Of a DNA stretch of 64,000 nucleotides, positions 39,077-53,400 are shown one piece after another. This DNA comes from Paraphysomonas bandaiensis (taxonomy: Eukaryota; Protista; Chrysophyceae): assembly GCA_965644295.1 (NCBI GenBank), contig CBFFRP010000053.1, forward strand, positions 1 through 64,000, written 5' to 3'. The notes under the pieces were generated by a model, which ran no database searches, was not told where the DNA came from, and was given only the letters and a program-made list of their open reading frames with translations. Within the stretch, counting starts at the first letter, position 1. Every line of letters starts with the position of its first letter. The translations under genes and the position numbers were made by a program.

Positions 39077-40569
39077 TTCAAGATTTACAATTAGACCAAT
39101 GTCAACAACTATCCAACTACCTAAATAATATGACTCTTACTATCCCGATATGAGCTATTCTTCAGTATCCTGCCTGTTAAAAGGACTTCCGACTTTGTAA
39201 ATGTCTACGAGCAGCCAAATTTACCGGCATCGTCAGTAAGGACGCCACAATCTATTTCTGATGATGATGGGGAAACTCTAGCGAAATAGCATCAATAACT
39301 TACAAGAAAAGTTTTTATATTAGTGGGAAAGGAGCACCTTTCCTAGCATAGACGTCCTAACACTCAACTATTATAGTTCTGACTCCCTTACATGGGTACT
39401 GCTTATAATCAGACATTCACTACACTCAACCAGTGACCAGGAGTGGTCCAGGTATCTATAAGACATTTTAGGGTCAACCTTGGTACCTTGGTCAAACAAA
39501 ATCACTTGTCTGGTACTCTATTACTCCGTGGTGAGACTGCTTTGTACTGAAACTTCTCCTCATCAACTTATCCAGATATTCTTTTGAGTTTCTGCGCAGC
39601 TGAGTCATGTTATCATTGAGCTCGTGCAGTCTAGCATGATCTTTTTCTGGTACTCCTTCCATTCCCATATTTCCATACTGTTTGTGAATAGATTCTCTGG
39701 CTCCAAGTTGCCCCAGAGGTAATCACTATGTTATTCTTACAGGGTCTGAACTCACACTCTTAGCATTCTCTTCCTTCTGGAATATCGAAATTAGTTTGAG
39801 AGTTTAGACTGTTTACTTCGTACTTAATTATGGTGTTGGGAGCTGACCCACAAGTCTGGTTTGTGTATAGTATACATGCTCTTGTCTAATTCCATAAGAC
39901 TGATATACAATTCAGTGTGTTGTAAGGCATTGACTGTTAATGATGACTGTACATTGCAGTCTGTTAAGTATCACAGTCAGCATCCCTTCAGGCATCAATA
40001 GCCTCAACATTATACTGATATATCATACATATGAGAGTAGCTGTAGAATGTGATGGTGTCTCATAGGAGTGTAAGCAGAGGGATGTATGTATGTATGTAT
40101 CAGTGCTGTGTAAGTAACGGGGGAGAGAAGGGTGGCATGTAGCCTGTTAAATCAAGTATCGTAGATGTTAATGTATTGTATAAGAATTGGTGTTAATATC
40201 TGTGAGTAGAGACTTCCCTATGGATACAGGCTATTCTCATATACAGGAGATGTCCCTCCTATGGATAAGAATGAGACAGAAACCAGGGATATACAGTATA
40301 TTCTGTCAACAAAATATCCATATTTTTTTAAATATCGAATAACTTTGATCTAATATTATCGAAAAATAGGGATTTTCAACACCAGAACACTTGTGTTTTG
40401 TATAGGGGGGTATCCGTATACCTCTCCTACTATATTCACAGTAGTAGCATCTTATGTATAGAACTTAACGGATGAGTGTTCCATATCCATCATGATATAT
40501 ACATACATATATCCACCTTACAAACACATTATATACATACATATATATCAACATCAGTAATATAATAGT

Positions 40570-42325
40570 ATGGGTACATCACCTATTATTAAACCTACCT
40601 TTTATCCTATCAAAAATAATTATAATTCATTAAAAGATTTACAAAAAGGTTTGAAACAAGCTGGTTTAGAATCCAGTGATTTAATTATTGGGATTGACTT
40701 TACAAAATCTAATATATATAATGGTTTACATTCATATCAATCGAAATCATTACATCATATATATAATGAATTAAGAAATCCTTATCAATTAGTGTTATAT
40801 TTAATATGTAAAACATTATCTGTATTTGATGATGATCATATGATTCCATGTTATGGATTTGGAGATGTATTAACACGTGATAAGAAATTATTTTCTTTTA
40901 AAGATAATGATGAACCATGTTATGGATTAGAAGAAGTACAGGTAATGATAATACTTATTAGTATGTATATTATCTTGTGAATATTATGGAGGTTAATATG
41001 TTGAGGCTTATTACAAGCCACACTGACAAAGTCATATGTTATATTTATTTTATACTCTGTATGTGATGAGAATTTCTTTATATTTTCAGAGCCGTTACGC
41101 CGCTCTGGCAAAGACTGTATCTCTGGCTGGGCCGACATCATTTGGTCCATTGATAAGGTTTTAGAATAGTAGTTCCATTGAATGTATGACAGGGTGAATA
41201 CAGGCAGGCTCTTCGCATAGTTGTGAAGAATGATTTCCGTTATCACATACTGTAAGTATCCCTGATTTCAATATGTAGAGGTTCTTATCTCTTTTGTAGA
41301 CTGATTGTAGCCGATGGGCAGATATCGGAGATCGCAATGAAGGACAGTCTGTCAGCAATTGTTCAGGCTAGCCATTATCCTCTCTCGATTGTAATGATAG
41401 GTGTTGGGGTATGTGTTTTGTATTATGCCAAACGTTCTTTCCGCCTTGTTTCATACTCCATTATAATATTCTTCGCTTGTCCGTCGTGCTACTGTTTATT
41501 GTGGAAGAAATGATGCAGAAATGTTACATATTTTGACAAACTTCTATGCATACAGGATGGGCCGTGGCATATGATGAAAAAGTTTGATGATGAGTTACCA
41601 GTTCGTAAATTCGATAATTTTCAGTTTGTTTCTCTGAACGCGACACTTGCAGCAGCCCGTAAAGAGAAAGTAAACGAGAAGGTGTGTCAACTCAACTGGG
41701 CACATATCCGCCTACATATTAGTATAATTCAAGTCTCATCGCAATCGTTTTATATAGGTTCACTTTGTCTTAGAGGCACTTATGGAGATTCCCGAGCAGT
41801 ATCAGTTAATTAAGCGACTCAAGCTTATGTCACCAAACTGTCTCCAGGCTATGATTAAGAAACGACTGTTACGAGGTCAGCTGAAAATTGTGTTGTATAG
41901 TTTTATACCTCTTCTCTACTCTCTATGTATACCATGTGATATTTTCCTAGTATATGTGATATATTTCTCTGCCAGCTGTGACAGTGTTACGCCCACCAAA
42001 CGAAATGGATGCTGCATTGCACGGCTCCACTGCGAATATGTCCACTCAGTTGGACATTCCAATCAGTGGGTTTGATCCAGTGTATGTTCTAGACCGGCCA
42101 ATGCCTTCTCGGTGTATCTCCCGGACTCAATCGTCCCCCAATGTCACTAATAGTGCGAAAGTTTCTCTGAATCGCACACGCAGCAGCGATCAACTCCGCA
42201 GACAAAGCTCTGGGAGGATAGTTATTCACGAGAAGCCTATATCTAGACAGCCTTCCAATGATCCAGAGTATGTTGATAATTTGGTGAAGCAGGCTGAAAA
42301 CTTGTCCAAGTTTGTGTTATTTTAG
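40570..42325 (+). CDS. Copine/RGLG-type vWA-domain protein, multi-exon, no RING finger seen
   Basis: GLESSDLIIGIDFTKSN, NPYQ, FDDDHMIPCYGFGD, LAGPTSFGPLI, IVADGQ, ASHYPLSIVMIGVGDGPW, FDDELPVRKFDNFQFV, ALMEIPEQY. 3' end uncertain. Confidence 0.85.
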
Positions 42326-43364
42326 TGTCTTACCATATATAGGTGATTTATTTTATGCTTTTTTCTTATGCTCTTGAGGTTAGTATATGAGGAAATTACT
42401 TTCGTATTTATTGCAGTATCCATGTTTGTAGTGGTTTATCCTGTATGTTATTGTGCTTTTCTGGCACACAATACTACTTTCCTCATCGTGTATGTTGGCT
42501 GTGGGCTATAGCGTGATTCCACTTTGCGGCTAATAAATTAATGTGTTCTTATGTGAAATTTCGCTGATTATTCACAACTGTTGATGTTGTGGCGGATGGA
42601 AGCTGACACATATCAGATAAAATGCTAATAAGTCATACGACAACAACAAGTTATCTTATGTTTCGTGTAGCTGTCATCTACAACAAGATATTGTTCACAA
42701 CCCATAGCCAACAGCATTGCTCGTACTATAGGCTCGTATTCGAACACTGAATGGAGAATAGTTGTAAAATAAATACCGATGTAGTGAATTAAATTATTAG
42801 ACTTTGACTTTTTTTGTGCGTATGGCAGATCATAATAAGATCCGTAGTCACCGATAAAGTCTATCGTAATCTTCTGACGATTATAAAAACACCATGTCCC
42901 TACAGCATTTCCAGTAGGATACATACAAAGCATTGGTCGTTGTTTTCAATCTTTGTGGCGAGTCTCGCAATAATCCCCACCTATTTGTCGAAAATAGGAC
43001 GCGAACCAGCCAAAGCGACGCGCGGGACAAAGTTTGTGACGTTAGCAGTCGCTCTGCGAGGGTTGTTCCGACTCAAAGCGTTTCTAATGAAGTTCATCCG
43101 GCGTAACACAGAACCTTCGCGCTTGTATTGTCCGATGGTACGTTCACGACAATGAAACCTGGTAGGATTCCCTGTTCGTGAACGGTCACGGAGTCGCTAG
43201 GCACTATGTCCCCGAGTATCATTTAATATCGTCTTTTGATATGAGTAATACGTAACTACAGAGGAAGAGACAGAGTACAGGAAAGTGATTGCGTTTCGGT
43301 GTAGTGTAATCAAGTCAGTTGTGTAGAATAACAGTCTGCTTATGCTATATCTGGATACAGAAAG

Positions 43365-43892
43365 ATACATACATACATACATACATACATACATACATAC
43401 ATACATACATACATACATACATACATACATACATACATACATACATACATACATACATACATACATACATACATACATACATACATACATACATACATAC
43501 ATACATACATACATACATACATACATACATACATACATACATACATACATACATACATACATACATGCATACATACATACATACATACATACATACATAC
43601 ATACATACATACATACATACATACATACATACATACATACATACATACATACATACATACATACATACATACATACATACATGCATACATACATACATAC
43701 ATACATACATACATACATACATACATACATACATACATACATACATACATACATACATACATACATACATACATACCAACATACATACATACATACATAC
43801 ATACATACATACATACATACATACATACATACATACATACATACATACATACATACATACATACATACATACATACATACATACATACATAC
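43365..43892 (+). repeat. (CATA)n microsatellite, about 530 bp
   Basis: Read directly; lies about 85 bp upstream of the ATG at 43976. Confidence 0.98.
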
Positions 43893-43975
43893 GTGCATAT
43901 AACTGTTGGGGATCTCTATCATCACTTCACTGTTAGAATATACTTACACAATTCTACATCTACAACACTCACAAC

Positions 43976-46380
43976 ATGTCATATGGATTACCTGAATGGT
44001 CATCACGTGCCATTCAACAAGCATGTCAATCTGGATCATGGGAATCTCTAATAGAAGAGGTGGAGACTGGTCTTAAGAGATCCAATAAACTGAATAAGAA
44101 GTTCTCAGACTATACTGAAAATGAACAAGCAGTACTTGTAGAACAACAAATGAAACTAGTTAAGTGTGATATCATTCATATGATAATATTATTATATTAA
44201 TTGTATTATTTTGTAGTTACAGTTATCAGATAGTTCAAGTTTATATGATTTTAGTCGTTGTTTGAATGCATCAGTTGATGATGAGCTTATGACATTGCTG
44301 AGTACCTATAATGCATCTTCAGAAACAATACCAAGTGTGCAAACACTTCAAACTATTTGTTCTCGTGCAGTTATTGGGGCATTAGAGTCCTCACCACCTG
44401 AATTGGCTTCCACTGCGAAGCTTTTCATTAACAGGTATGCTTGTTTTCTTTGGTAAATAATACCAATTGTAGATGGTAGGAATATTCCAGAGGGACTGAG
44501 GTCTTTTATATGGTCGTCTTCATTGAGAATTTTAAGTTGTACTCCTGAAACGGTATACATATAATTGCTTTTCACGATTACGTTCATTGCGTCCTTTCTT
44601 AGCTACCACCCTACCGCATTCCACCATCGTTGGATGTTCTTCTTGCCAGACGCTGCCACCAGTTACTTGACAGGTTCTTTGTAGTAGATGTCATTGTCAA
44701 TTTTTATATTTATTCTTTTATTTATTAATTATCAGTCACTACTCAGAGCTGGCATCTCGATCTGCTGCTGCAGTAACGAAAGGAGTGGTGGCTGAGTACC
44801 TGCGCCGCGTCAATTGTGAACTCCCTCAATCCGACTCGGACCGCAACTCCTGGAATTCTTTTGACCGTGTATTTTTTCTGACTGTTCCTTTGAGTTGTAT
44901 TTTTCCTGGTGCTGCAGTTGACTCCTCCTCCGTAAAGCCACAACGAACATTAGACACAGCTCTCAATTGCTTGGTGAGTGTTGATATTTCTATCCTTTAC
45001 GTGTTCATATGCAATGTGGTTAGACGGAGGCACGACACTTAGACATTATTAGTCGTATTCCATCCCGGGACAATGTCAAGGGAAGTAGTCTCACCTCCGC
45101 TGTCAGATTGCGATCGATATCTCCTCTGTTGTCCTACACACAGTCACTCGTGGCGCATAAAAACAAGGAATTACACGAACATTTAATTGCATTATCGACC
45201 ACCAGTCATACCAAAGGAAGTGGAGAACAAATGTATAGTTTTTATGAAGTTCTTATTAATGAAAACCTGCTTCGTGGTCTCTCTGGTCTTCTATCTTTGC
45301 CGTCAACGCTCTTCGTGTGGGACCAGTGTTTTATTTGCGGTAAATTTCGTCCAACCGGTGTTTCGTCGCTCTAATTAATCTGTGTATGTTGTGACTAGGA
45401 TTTTCTATGATGCTTCCTGCGGTGTGTACAGCCCTCATTTTGGGGTGTGCTAATGAACTTATTGCACTTGTTCATGCGTCCAGCCTTGCTGACACATTTG
45501 TATCTTATTGTCGCCACGCATCCCCTGAGACGATACAGCGGTAGGCACTTTGAATTTTTTTTTATCTTTGAAATGATTACTCTCTTTAGGCTTCTAACCG
45601 ACCACTGTGCAGACGAAATGAGAGATGTTTTTGATATCGAGGGAACTTACAGATTGGACTATGACGAGGATAGTGACGGTCTTCTTGTGGTACGCCATAA
45701 CGCTGTCATACTACTTGACTAATTTTCCACAGGCAATATATAATCACATCGACGGTGCACTGACAGCAAACGCGAGTGTAAAATCGCCGGCGAGAAATAG
45801 TACTGGTGAAAATGGGCACCCACCCTTACGTGCTAAAGAACCGGCACACGGTGAATTCGAGGGTTCTGACGGAAACAATGCGGATAGAGCACGAAGCGAT
45901 ACTGCAGACACATTCACGAATAAAACCGGGGATAAGATTGCCGATGATACAAATGACCAGGTCGGAATTACATCTAAAGATGAAGCATCGGGGCGTCCCT
46001 CAACTACGAGTAAAGATAAAGAGTCCAATGAATACAAAGTTGATACTGAAGAAACTCCTAACGATGATACTGGAAAGATTGTTGCGGATAAATCTGAAGA
46101 CAACACCACAGAAAAAGTCGATGAAACAATCCAAAACAAGTTGGAAGATGAAACTAATAATGAAGATGAATCTGGAAATGAAAGTGAAGAACATTCTACA
46201 TCGAATAATTCAGAGGAAATCAGGGAGAGTAAAAGTGCTGACGATGAAAATGCTAACCGCGAAAGAGTAAGCAGCAAAAGTGTTAATAGCCGACACAGTG
46301 ATGAAGAGTCAACTGGGCATGTGAATGCTAGTCCTCGTAGCAATGCATCGAATAGGAGTTCCACTGATGGCAATAAATAG
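43976..46380 (+). CDS. Multi-exon uncharacterised protein, possible Rab-GAP TBC-like domain, with acidic low-complexity C-terminus
   Basis: Spliced exons give GRNIPEGLRSFIW and LFVWDQCFI.GFSMMLPAVC (TBC-like helices). The last exon is the 45625-46380 ORF. Confidence 0.55.
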
Positions 46381-46619
46381 GGATGAATTGAATGATATAT
46401 CTGGTGTTTAATAGTCGTAATTCGTTTTATAAAGTAGTTCGTGTGGAAATAGAAAAGTAGACGCACCCACCCCACGATAATCTGTAAATAATACTGAAAC
46501 ACTAAAAATACCATTTACAACGAAAACAAGATAAATGAACATTTGGTTGTCAACTCAGGACTATTTTTTACCAGATAGTGTTATATACAGATATATATAA
46601 ATTAGAAATACAGTGGTAA

Positions 46620-46766
46620 AGGCCCAAAGACGTCTACACAAGTGACACTTATTAGTGTCCTTTGTACAACACAGAAGATTATCTCACGTTAGTTTCCCGG
46701 AGAAATATCTCCGGTACTGATCCCCCAGAACAGCACAGAGAGGTCCGAGTCCGACTTTGTTGAGGG
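46620..46766 (-). repeat. Fragment of the SINE-like family
   Basis: GGCCCAAAGACGTCTACACAAGTGACAC...GAGTCCGACTTTGTTGAGGGTA matches 37781-37969 with an internal deletion. Confidence 0.85.
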
Positions 46767-47484
46767 TAGAAATACAAAATGGTGCTTACTGTACTCTAGA
46801 TCGTATAACCATCGTAATATATACCAGAGAATCAATCAGTGAGTATCTAATAATCATTACTATAATACGATTAATATAAAATAATAGACTACGACATTGA
46901 AATCAATCAAAGCTCAGAAATGGTACAACATTTAGATTATTCTATTAGATTTTATTCACATATCGACGTTAATAAGAACTGCTCGACTGTTATGCTTTAT
47001 TGCTACTGCTGTTGTTTGGGAAACAATTGCTGGGAGCATAAGTTTGAGGAGACAACTTCACAGTTTCAGTGTATATCCTCTACACGTTTGTAGTTGTGAT
47101 GAATGGATTGCTACCCTTCAGAAGAGTACAGTGTGTCTGGCAATATCCACGATCACATTTACAACATGTTGAATACTAAACACTACGACTTTAGTCTTGG
47201 TATGGCTGCGGCAGCCTGAGCGAGATATCCAGATATCATTCAGCCATATCCAGCACCAGACACACAGGCACACACAGCAGACTATTGTGTACAGATAGAG
47301 TACACAACAATATATTTTATTATGTATAAAAACCTCCAATATTTCGTATAAATTTGCCAGTTTTTCACTTTCTACATTAAAATTTTCGTCAGAAATTTGG
47401 GAAAAGATAAAAAGATAGTAAATATAGGAAAATATAACTCTCATGTGCAGAAAACTAGGGAATATATATAAAAAATGGGAAAAT

Positions 47485-50400
47485 ATGAGTCTGCAATATC
47501 TGAAAAGTGCGGAAATATTAGCAGTATGAGACATGCTGTGTATTCATATGCATTAAGAGGTTAGTGAGAGTGCATTATATATACGCATATTAGCTTCAGG
47601 ATATCAGGGTATGCAACTTCATTTCATATGGATTTATTAGCTCTTCAGACTGCTGCAGATGCTACCCTTGAGGTGTTAAAGCCTCTGAATGGGGCATCTG
47701 AGAAGGTTAGTACTATACATACATACATACAGTACATGTATGTATATATAGAGATATATATACATATATACACATATAACATCTATGATATAGAATAAAT
47801 TACTTGTGGAAGAGATAGAGAAATTGATAGTTTCTTTATATCTAGCAAAAGATTCAACATATGAGCAGAAACTAGTCCATGTTGTCGACCCATTAATTGA
47901 TATACTTCGAAGCACAGAAGATAAAGTAAGAGATGCTATATATGTGTTATTGATTATAGTGTTTTTATTGTTATTTTTTTGGATTTTGAAGGTAAAAATG
48001 AAACTTCGTGAGATTGATGCAATTGTTGCATCAACTAGATCTCAAGTTGTGCAAAAGTTGGTTGTAATCAGTGAAGTATCTGGTGTATCAGTCGAGGGGG
48101 ATCGGGAGACGGAAAGAGACGTGTATGCTAACCACGCTGCTGATGCTGCCAGGGAAGCGGAGATGGAACAGTGGCGGGCAGTCCCCTCTAAACTTGCAGC
48201 AGTAGTGCAAACGCCAGGGTTTCAGACTGATAGGAGTTCTGCCTTGGAGCAACAAGCAAAGGAAAGTACAGGTAGTGGCTCAGAAGAAAATCTTTGGCCA
48301 ATTATAGTGCTACCGGAAAGAAATCAACACTTCTATTGTGATCGGGATTATCTCCCACACCTTTGTGAAAGTGTGTGGGGTGGGGAAGAAGAAATCGTTG
48401 TGCATCCCCGGGGACCAGACCGGCGTGTACCACGCTGTGTCGCCGTGCTTGGTGAGGAAGCGGGTTTGGGAAAGTCGCAACTCGTGCGGGAATTCGCTCA
48501 TCGTATATGTTCCTTAGAAACTGATGCCAATGTTCCTGCCTATCAGTTCATTGGATGGGTATGCGCAGCGGATGAGGGTAGTCTCCTAACTTCATATCGC
48601 CGCCTTGCCATCGCTATACGTGCAGCCGACCCACAGTTTTGCCGGCTCTCATCTGTTGCAATAGAGGCTCTGAAAAAGAAAGCGCTAATCGATGCAGTTA
48701 ATGGGTGGTTGGCAGATCTTCCAGTGCCATGGCTACTGATCGTTGACGACGTAGACACGGAGGAAATGCTGTTCACTTGCTCCTTTCCAACTTGCAGAAT
48801 GGTCACTGCGGCCGGTGCTGGCGTAATATTCACAAGTCGGAATGTCGATATGCCAAGGCGATGGTCGAGTTTACTGCAGGATCGTTTGCATCCCGGTGTT
48901 TGGGAGGAGGAGCGTGGACATGACATCGTTGGACTCAGAGTGATTACTGTTTCACCTTTTACAGAGGAGGACAGCTGGAAGCTTTGTCACGAAATCTTGG
49001 GACAGGACATGGACTATGGTATAGAGGAAGAAGAGGAAAGAAAGCGTGGGACCAGTGAGGGAGCTGAGGAGCGATATGACCCCAAACAACTCAAGTTACA
49101 GATTCAGAAGCTAACGGATACTCTGCATGGGGCGCCTGCAGCTTTGCATCAGGCCTACCGCGCCTGTCTAGAGGTATATCGACACAGGCGGATGCTGAGA
49201 CGACAGGGAGGACGAGGAGCCCTCCCACAAACTATTCCAGTTTCGTATGCTTCTAGGGTACGGGAGTACATCCATTGGATTACAGAATTTGACCGAGCAG
49301 CAGAGAGGGAGTTCCCAACGCAACCCGTGACGGCAGGTGCGTACAAGGCCTTCTTGGCAGCCCAGGCGGTTGCCTGCGAAAAAGCTGGAGGGCGACCTCT
49401 TGCAATCAACAGGTCACTTGAGCTTTTAGCCTTCCTTTCTCCCAGCTGTATCGATGTGATGATGCTCAGCTCGTGGTTGCGACCCCCGAACACCCCTATT
49501 GTTGCATCGATTCAGAAAAAGTGGCGGCTACCGGTAGTTGGGGGCACTGATGCATCACGAACACGCTTACCCTTCCAAGATGCAGAATTTGAGATAGTTG
49601 TAGAGAGCGTATTCCCGGTAAATACAGAATTTGGCCAGCGGTTTACCTGGCGAGTACATCGTACATATGAACGCATTAGAGATGCGCATGATGCAATGAA
49701 AACCTCGTATTCGAATGACATGACATCTCGACGTTTTCCGACCGTATCTTTGCCTTACGGTGCATCTGACGAAGTCTTAGAAGATGCAGTCTCTCACCGA
49801 CGGGCAGAATTAGCTGCATTCCTTTCCTCGCTTGTCCAGTCTGAATGCTGGGGACGTATCTGTCGATCACCTCCTATGGCAGAATTATTGGGATTCACGG
49901 GCTTTGCGGCTACTTCTCACATGGAGACTGACTCCCATATATATCAGTCCCGGGTGCTGTTGGGGTCTGGAGATGCTTGCAATGCGACAACACCACTACC
50001 AACCAAAGACTCTGAAAGCTTTGAAAAGCGCCTTCTCCCTGCTTCTGCCGATCCTTTCTTGAAGCTAATAGACCCCCTCATTACACTGGGACTTTTGGAC
50101 GTATACATGAGCACCTGTGACGTATCTATTCGACCACCCTCAGATAAACAGACTAAATCTGGAGAGGATGCAGATGGAAAGATATCCCATAAAAATAAGC
50201 TTGATGAAATGGCTAATAAAAGGGTGTTGTGTGCCATGAGTAGGCAGGTACAAGTATTAGTCCGCTTATGGCTAAAAGCCAATGGTAGGCTTGAAGAGGT
50301 CGTAAATGATGTCACGAAGTTCATATACCTTGCGTTCAAAGCTGCACACACGAGGTACAAAAAGGAATGTCACTCACGTGATACTCCCTCCAATGCACGG

Positions 50401-53400
50401 CTTGCATGTGAGGAGCTTCTTCCTCATGCTTTGTGTGTTCTGTCTACTGCAGCTTCGTCGTTCGTCCCAGAATGCTTTGAATTATCATCTATGGTGTACC
50501 ACTACACTGCAAATGAAGGATTGTACAACGATGCCATATTCTGTGCTACCCGATGTATCGAGATCGTAAAAGATCGACCTGGACCCAGTGGACCGGGTGG
50601 TGAGCATGATGGACAGTGGCACAGCTACCTTGCTGATATGTTCTGTCGCGTGGAGCGGTGCGACGAAGCCCGGGCTCTCTACGAACATTCGTTGTCCATA
50701 TTCCGTCGAGCATGTGGAACCTGCCACCGACACACGCTTTCTGTCTTGGAAAGATTAGGACGTCTCTTGTACGAAATGGGAAAATATAAACACTCCACTA
50801 AAGTGTTGGAAGAAGCGCTGCAGATTTGTCGACAGTTGTACGGTAACGATGGCACTGGTACCAGCACGAGCATACTTAATCTCGCTTTGGGGTCGAGTGT
50901 ACACAACAGTAGCACAGCAATAGCGAACAGCCTGCATATTGCTGACCGTATTAACCAGCTAGTGAAAGTAATGATGGTAGACTCACCTGATTCCGGTGTT
51001 GTGTCGCGCTGCTTAGATCTCAAACAGAATGAACTCGCAATTTTGCGAAAAGCGAAAGGAGAGTATTCAGCACACGTAGCGCGTTGTTTGAACTCTATTG
51101 GTGAGCTGGAGAGGCGTTTTGGAAGGACTGCAAAAGCTGTTGCCTATTTTGAGGACAGCCTCGATATATTATCCCGCTGTGTGGGGAAGGATAGCCTCGA
51201 GTTAGTTGCTCCACTTTTCAATCTTGCCATTGAGCAGCACACAGCTAGAAAATATTCCGATGCGAAACGACTTTACCTCCGGTCATTGCAGATCAAAGAG
51301 CTGGATGTAGCGTGTGGTGGTAAGGAAGATTCAGTGCTCGCCAGTATTCACGATAGTCTGGGACAGTTTTATAGTGATCAGGGGCAGTTCGAAGCTGCCC
51401 TTAGTCACTTACAGAAAGCTAAGGATATGTACCTAGACTTATTTGGAAGTGAAAACTACGAAGTAGCAATGTCACTCAATAACTTGGCGTATGCTTGGCA
51501 ACGCATGGGAGATAAGGACGTTGCTAGATCGTTTTACTCCCAGGCCCTGAAAACTTTGCGTAAGGTAGGCAGCCGGTCTGATGAAGACACGATTGCACGC
51601 ACTCAGAACGCTTTGGGAGAGCTGTGGATGGAAGTTGGAAATTACAAAGAGGCTCGCCCTCTTTTAATGGAAAGCCTGACATTACGGGTTAATCTTTATG
51701 GAGAAAAACATCGGGATACTGTAGTTGTGATGAAAAATCTTGCCCTACTTTCCTATTCGACAGGTGCTTTGGAGGAAGCTGCTCACGTCTGTAAAAATGC
51801 ACTGTCCATCCAGAGTGGCCTGGACGGGGGACAAAGTGAAGAAGTTGCAGAGTTGACCGCACAGCTGGCTGAGATAAAGCGCGTCATGGGAAAGTTGGAA
51901 GAGTCCAAGATTTTGTACAGAAGGTCGATTGCTCTATTTAAGCATGTGCATGGCCATAATCACCCTACCGTTGCATTGCAAATGAACAATCTCGCCTCTG
52001 TTTTCTTTGGGTTAGGTGCATACGACGAATGCGAAACACTGTATCTTGAGAGCAGGAAGATACTGACGCTTTACCACGGAAACGACCACATGTCGATCGC
52101 GGCCTCGATTAATAATCTCGCTGAACTATATAGGAAGCTTGGACGTAGTGGGAAGGCCTTGAGTCTGCATGAGGAGTGCAGGGAAATGCGAACCAGATTA
52201 GTAGGAAAAGACCACCCTGAGGTGGCAATATCATTAGCACAGGTTTCTGAAATCCTACGACAAAAAGGTTGTCTGGAGGAGGCTATAGTTACATCTAAAC
52301 AAGCACTTGAGATACGCATCAACACTTACGGCATGGAACACGTTGATGTCGTGAGTAGCTTGCGCGCGATAGCTAAACTGATGCAGTCAAAGGGTGACCT
52401 GAAAGAGGCACAGAGACTATTGAGGGATGCACTAGCTGTGAGACACAAATTGGACGCTACTGCAGCAGTATCAGGCGTCGGTGGTGATACTCTATCTGAT
52501 GGTCCAGAGTCACTGGAGACTGCGTCGGTAATAGATGAATTGTGTGGTGTGCTTGATGACGCTGACTTGGATGAGAAAGATAGCCTGTGTGAGCGGTGTT
52601 TACGCATCAGAAGAATGCATCTTGGAGAGGAACACTCGGATATTGCCAACTCTCTCACTGCTTTGGCGGACATACGTTCCAAGAAGAGGCAGTACCAAGA
52701 GGCTATCGAGTTTCATCGAATAGCTCGAGCTATCCGTGCGAAGTGCTATGGTGAAGGCAGTCCAGCTACAGTAGCTTCAATTGATCGCATTGCGGACTGT
52801 TTGCGGTCCCTTGGAAGGTTTGAAGAGGCCCGGAGTCTGTATGAACAGTGTGTTATCAGCCTACGCGCCTTTCACGATGAGTCCCACCCTGATGTGGCGG
52901 TTGCGTTGACCAAACTGGCGGCTATTCTTCAGCTGCTTGAAGAATACGATGCTGCGCTTAATGTAAACGAGAAGGCCCTGCGTATTAACAATAGGGTATT
53001 GGGGGAAGGGTCTGTAGCAGCTGCATCATCCCACAAACGTATAGCTGACATTCATCGGGCTCGAAAAAATGCCTCTGACGCAAAGTTGGCTTACATGAAG
53101 GCCCTCAATACTTACCGGTCTGTATTAGGACCCGAAACTATAGAGGCCGTACAAGCAATGGAAGGGCTGGTGTGGGCTTTGGACACTCTGGGTTGTGATG
53201 AAGAGGCGGCCGCATTAAGTTCGGAATGCATCGAACTCCATAAAAAGGTATTTGGTGAGGAACATATAGAGTTGGCCCGGGAACTCATTGCTGTAGCCAA
53301 GATGCTTCGGTCGCGTGGTAAATATGTGGAGGCATCGGATCACTTCAACCGAGCAATGAAGATCGGCATTGCTGTGCATGGAGAAGACCACGAAAACACT

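Noticed and set aside
39080-40060. Possible degraded minus-strand gene (chromodomain-like ATWEPENL after a frameshift)
   Set aside because: No sustained reading frame and too little signal to call.
42590-43360. ORFs 42625-42933 and 42814-43155 in a CpG-richer stretch next to the CATA tract
   Set aside because: No motifs, termini, TSD or second copy found in the window.
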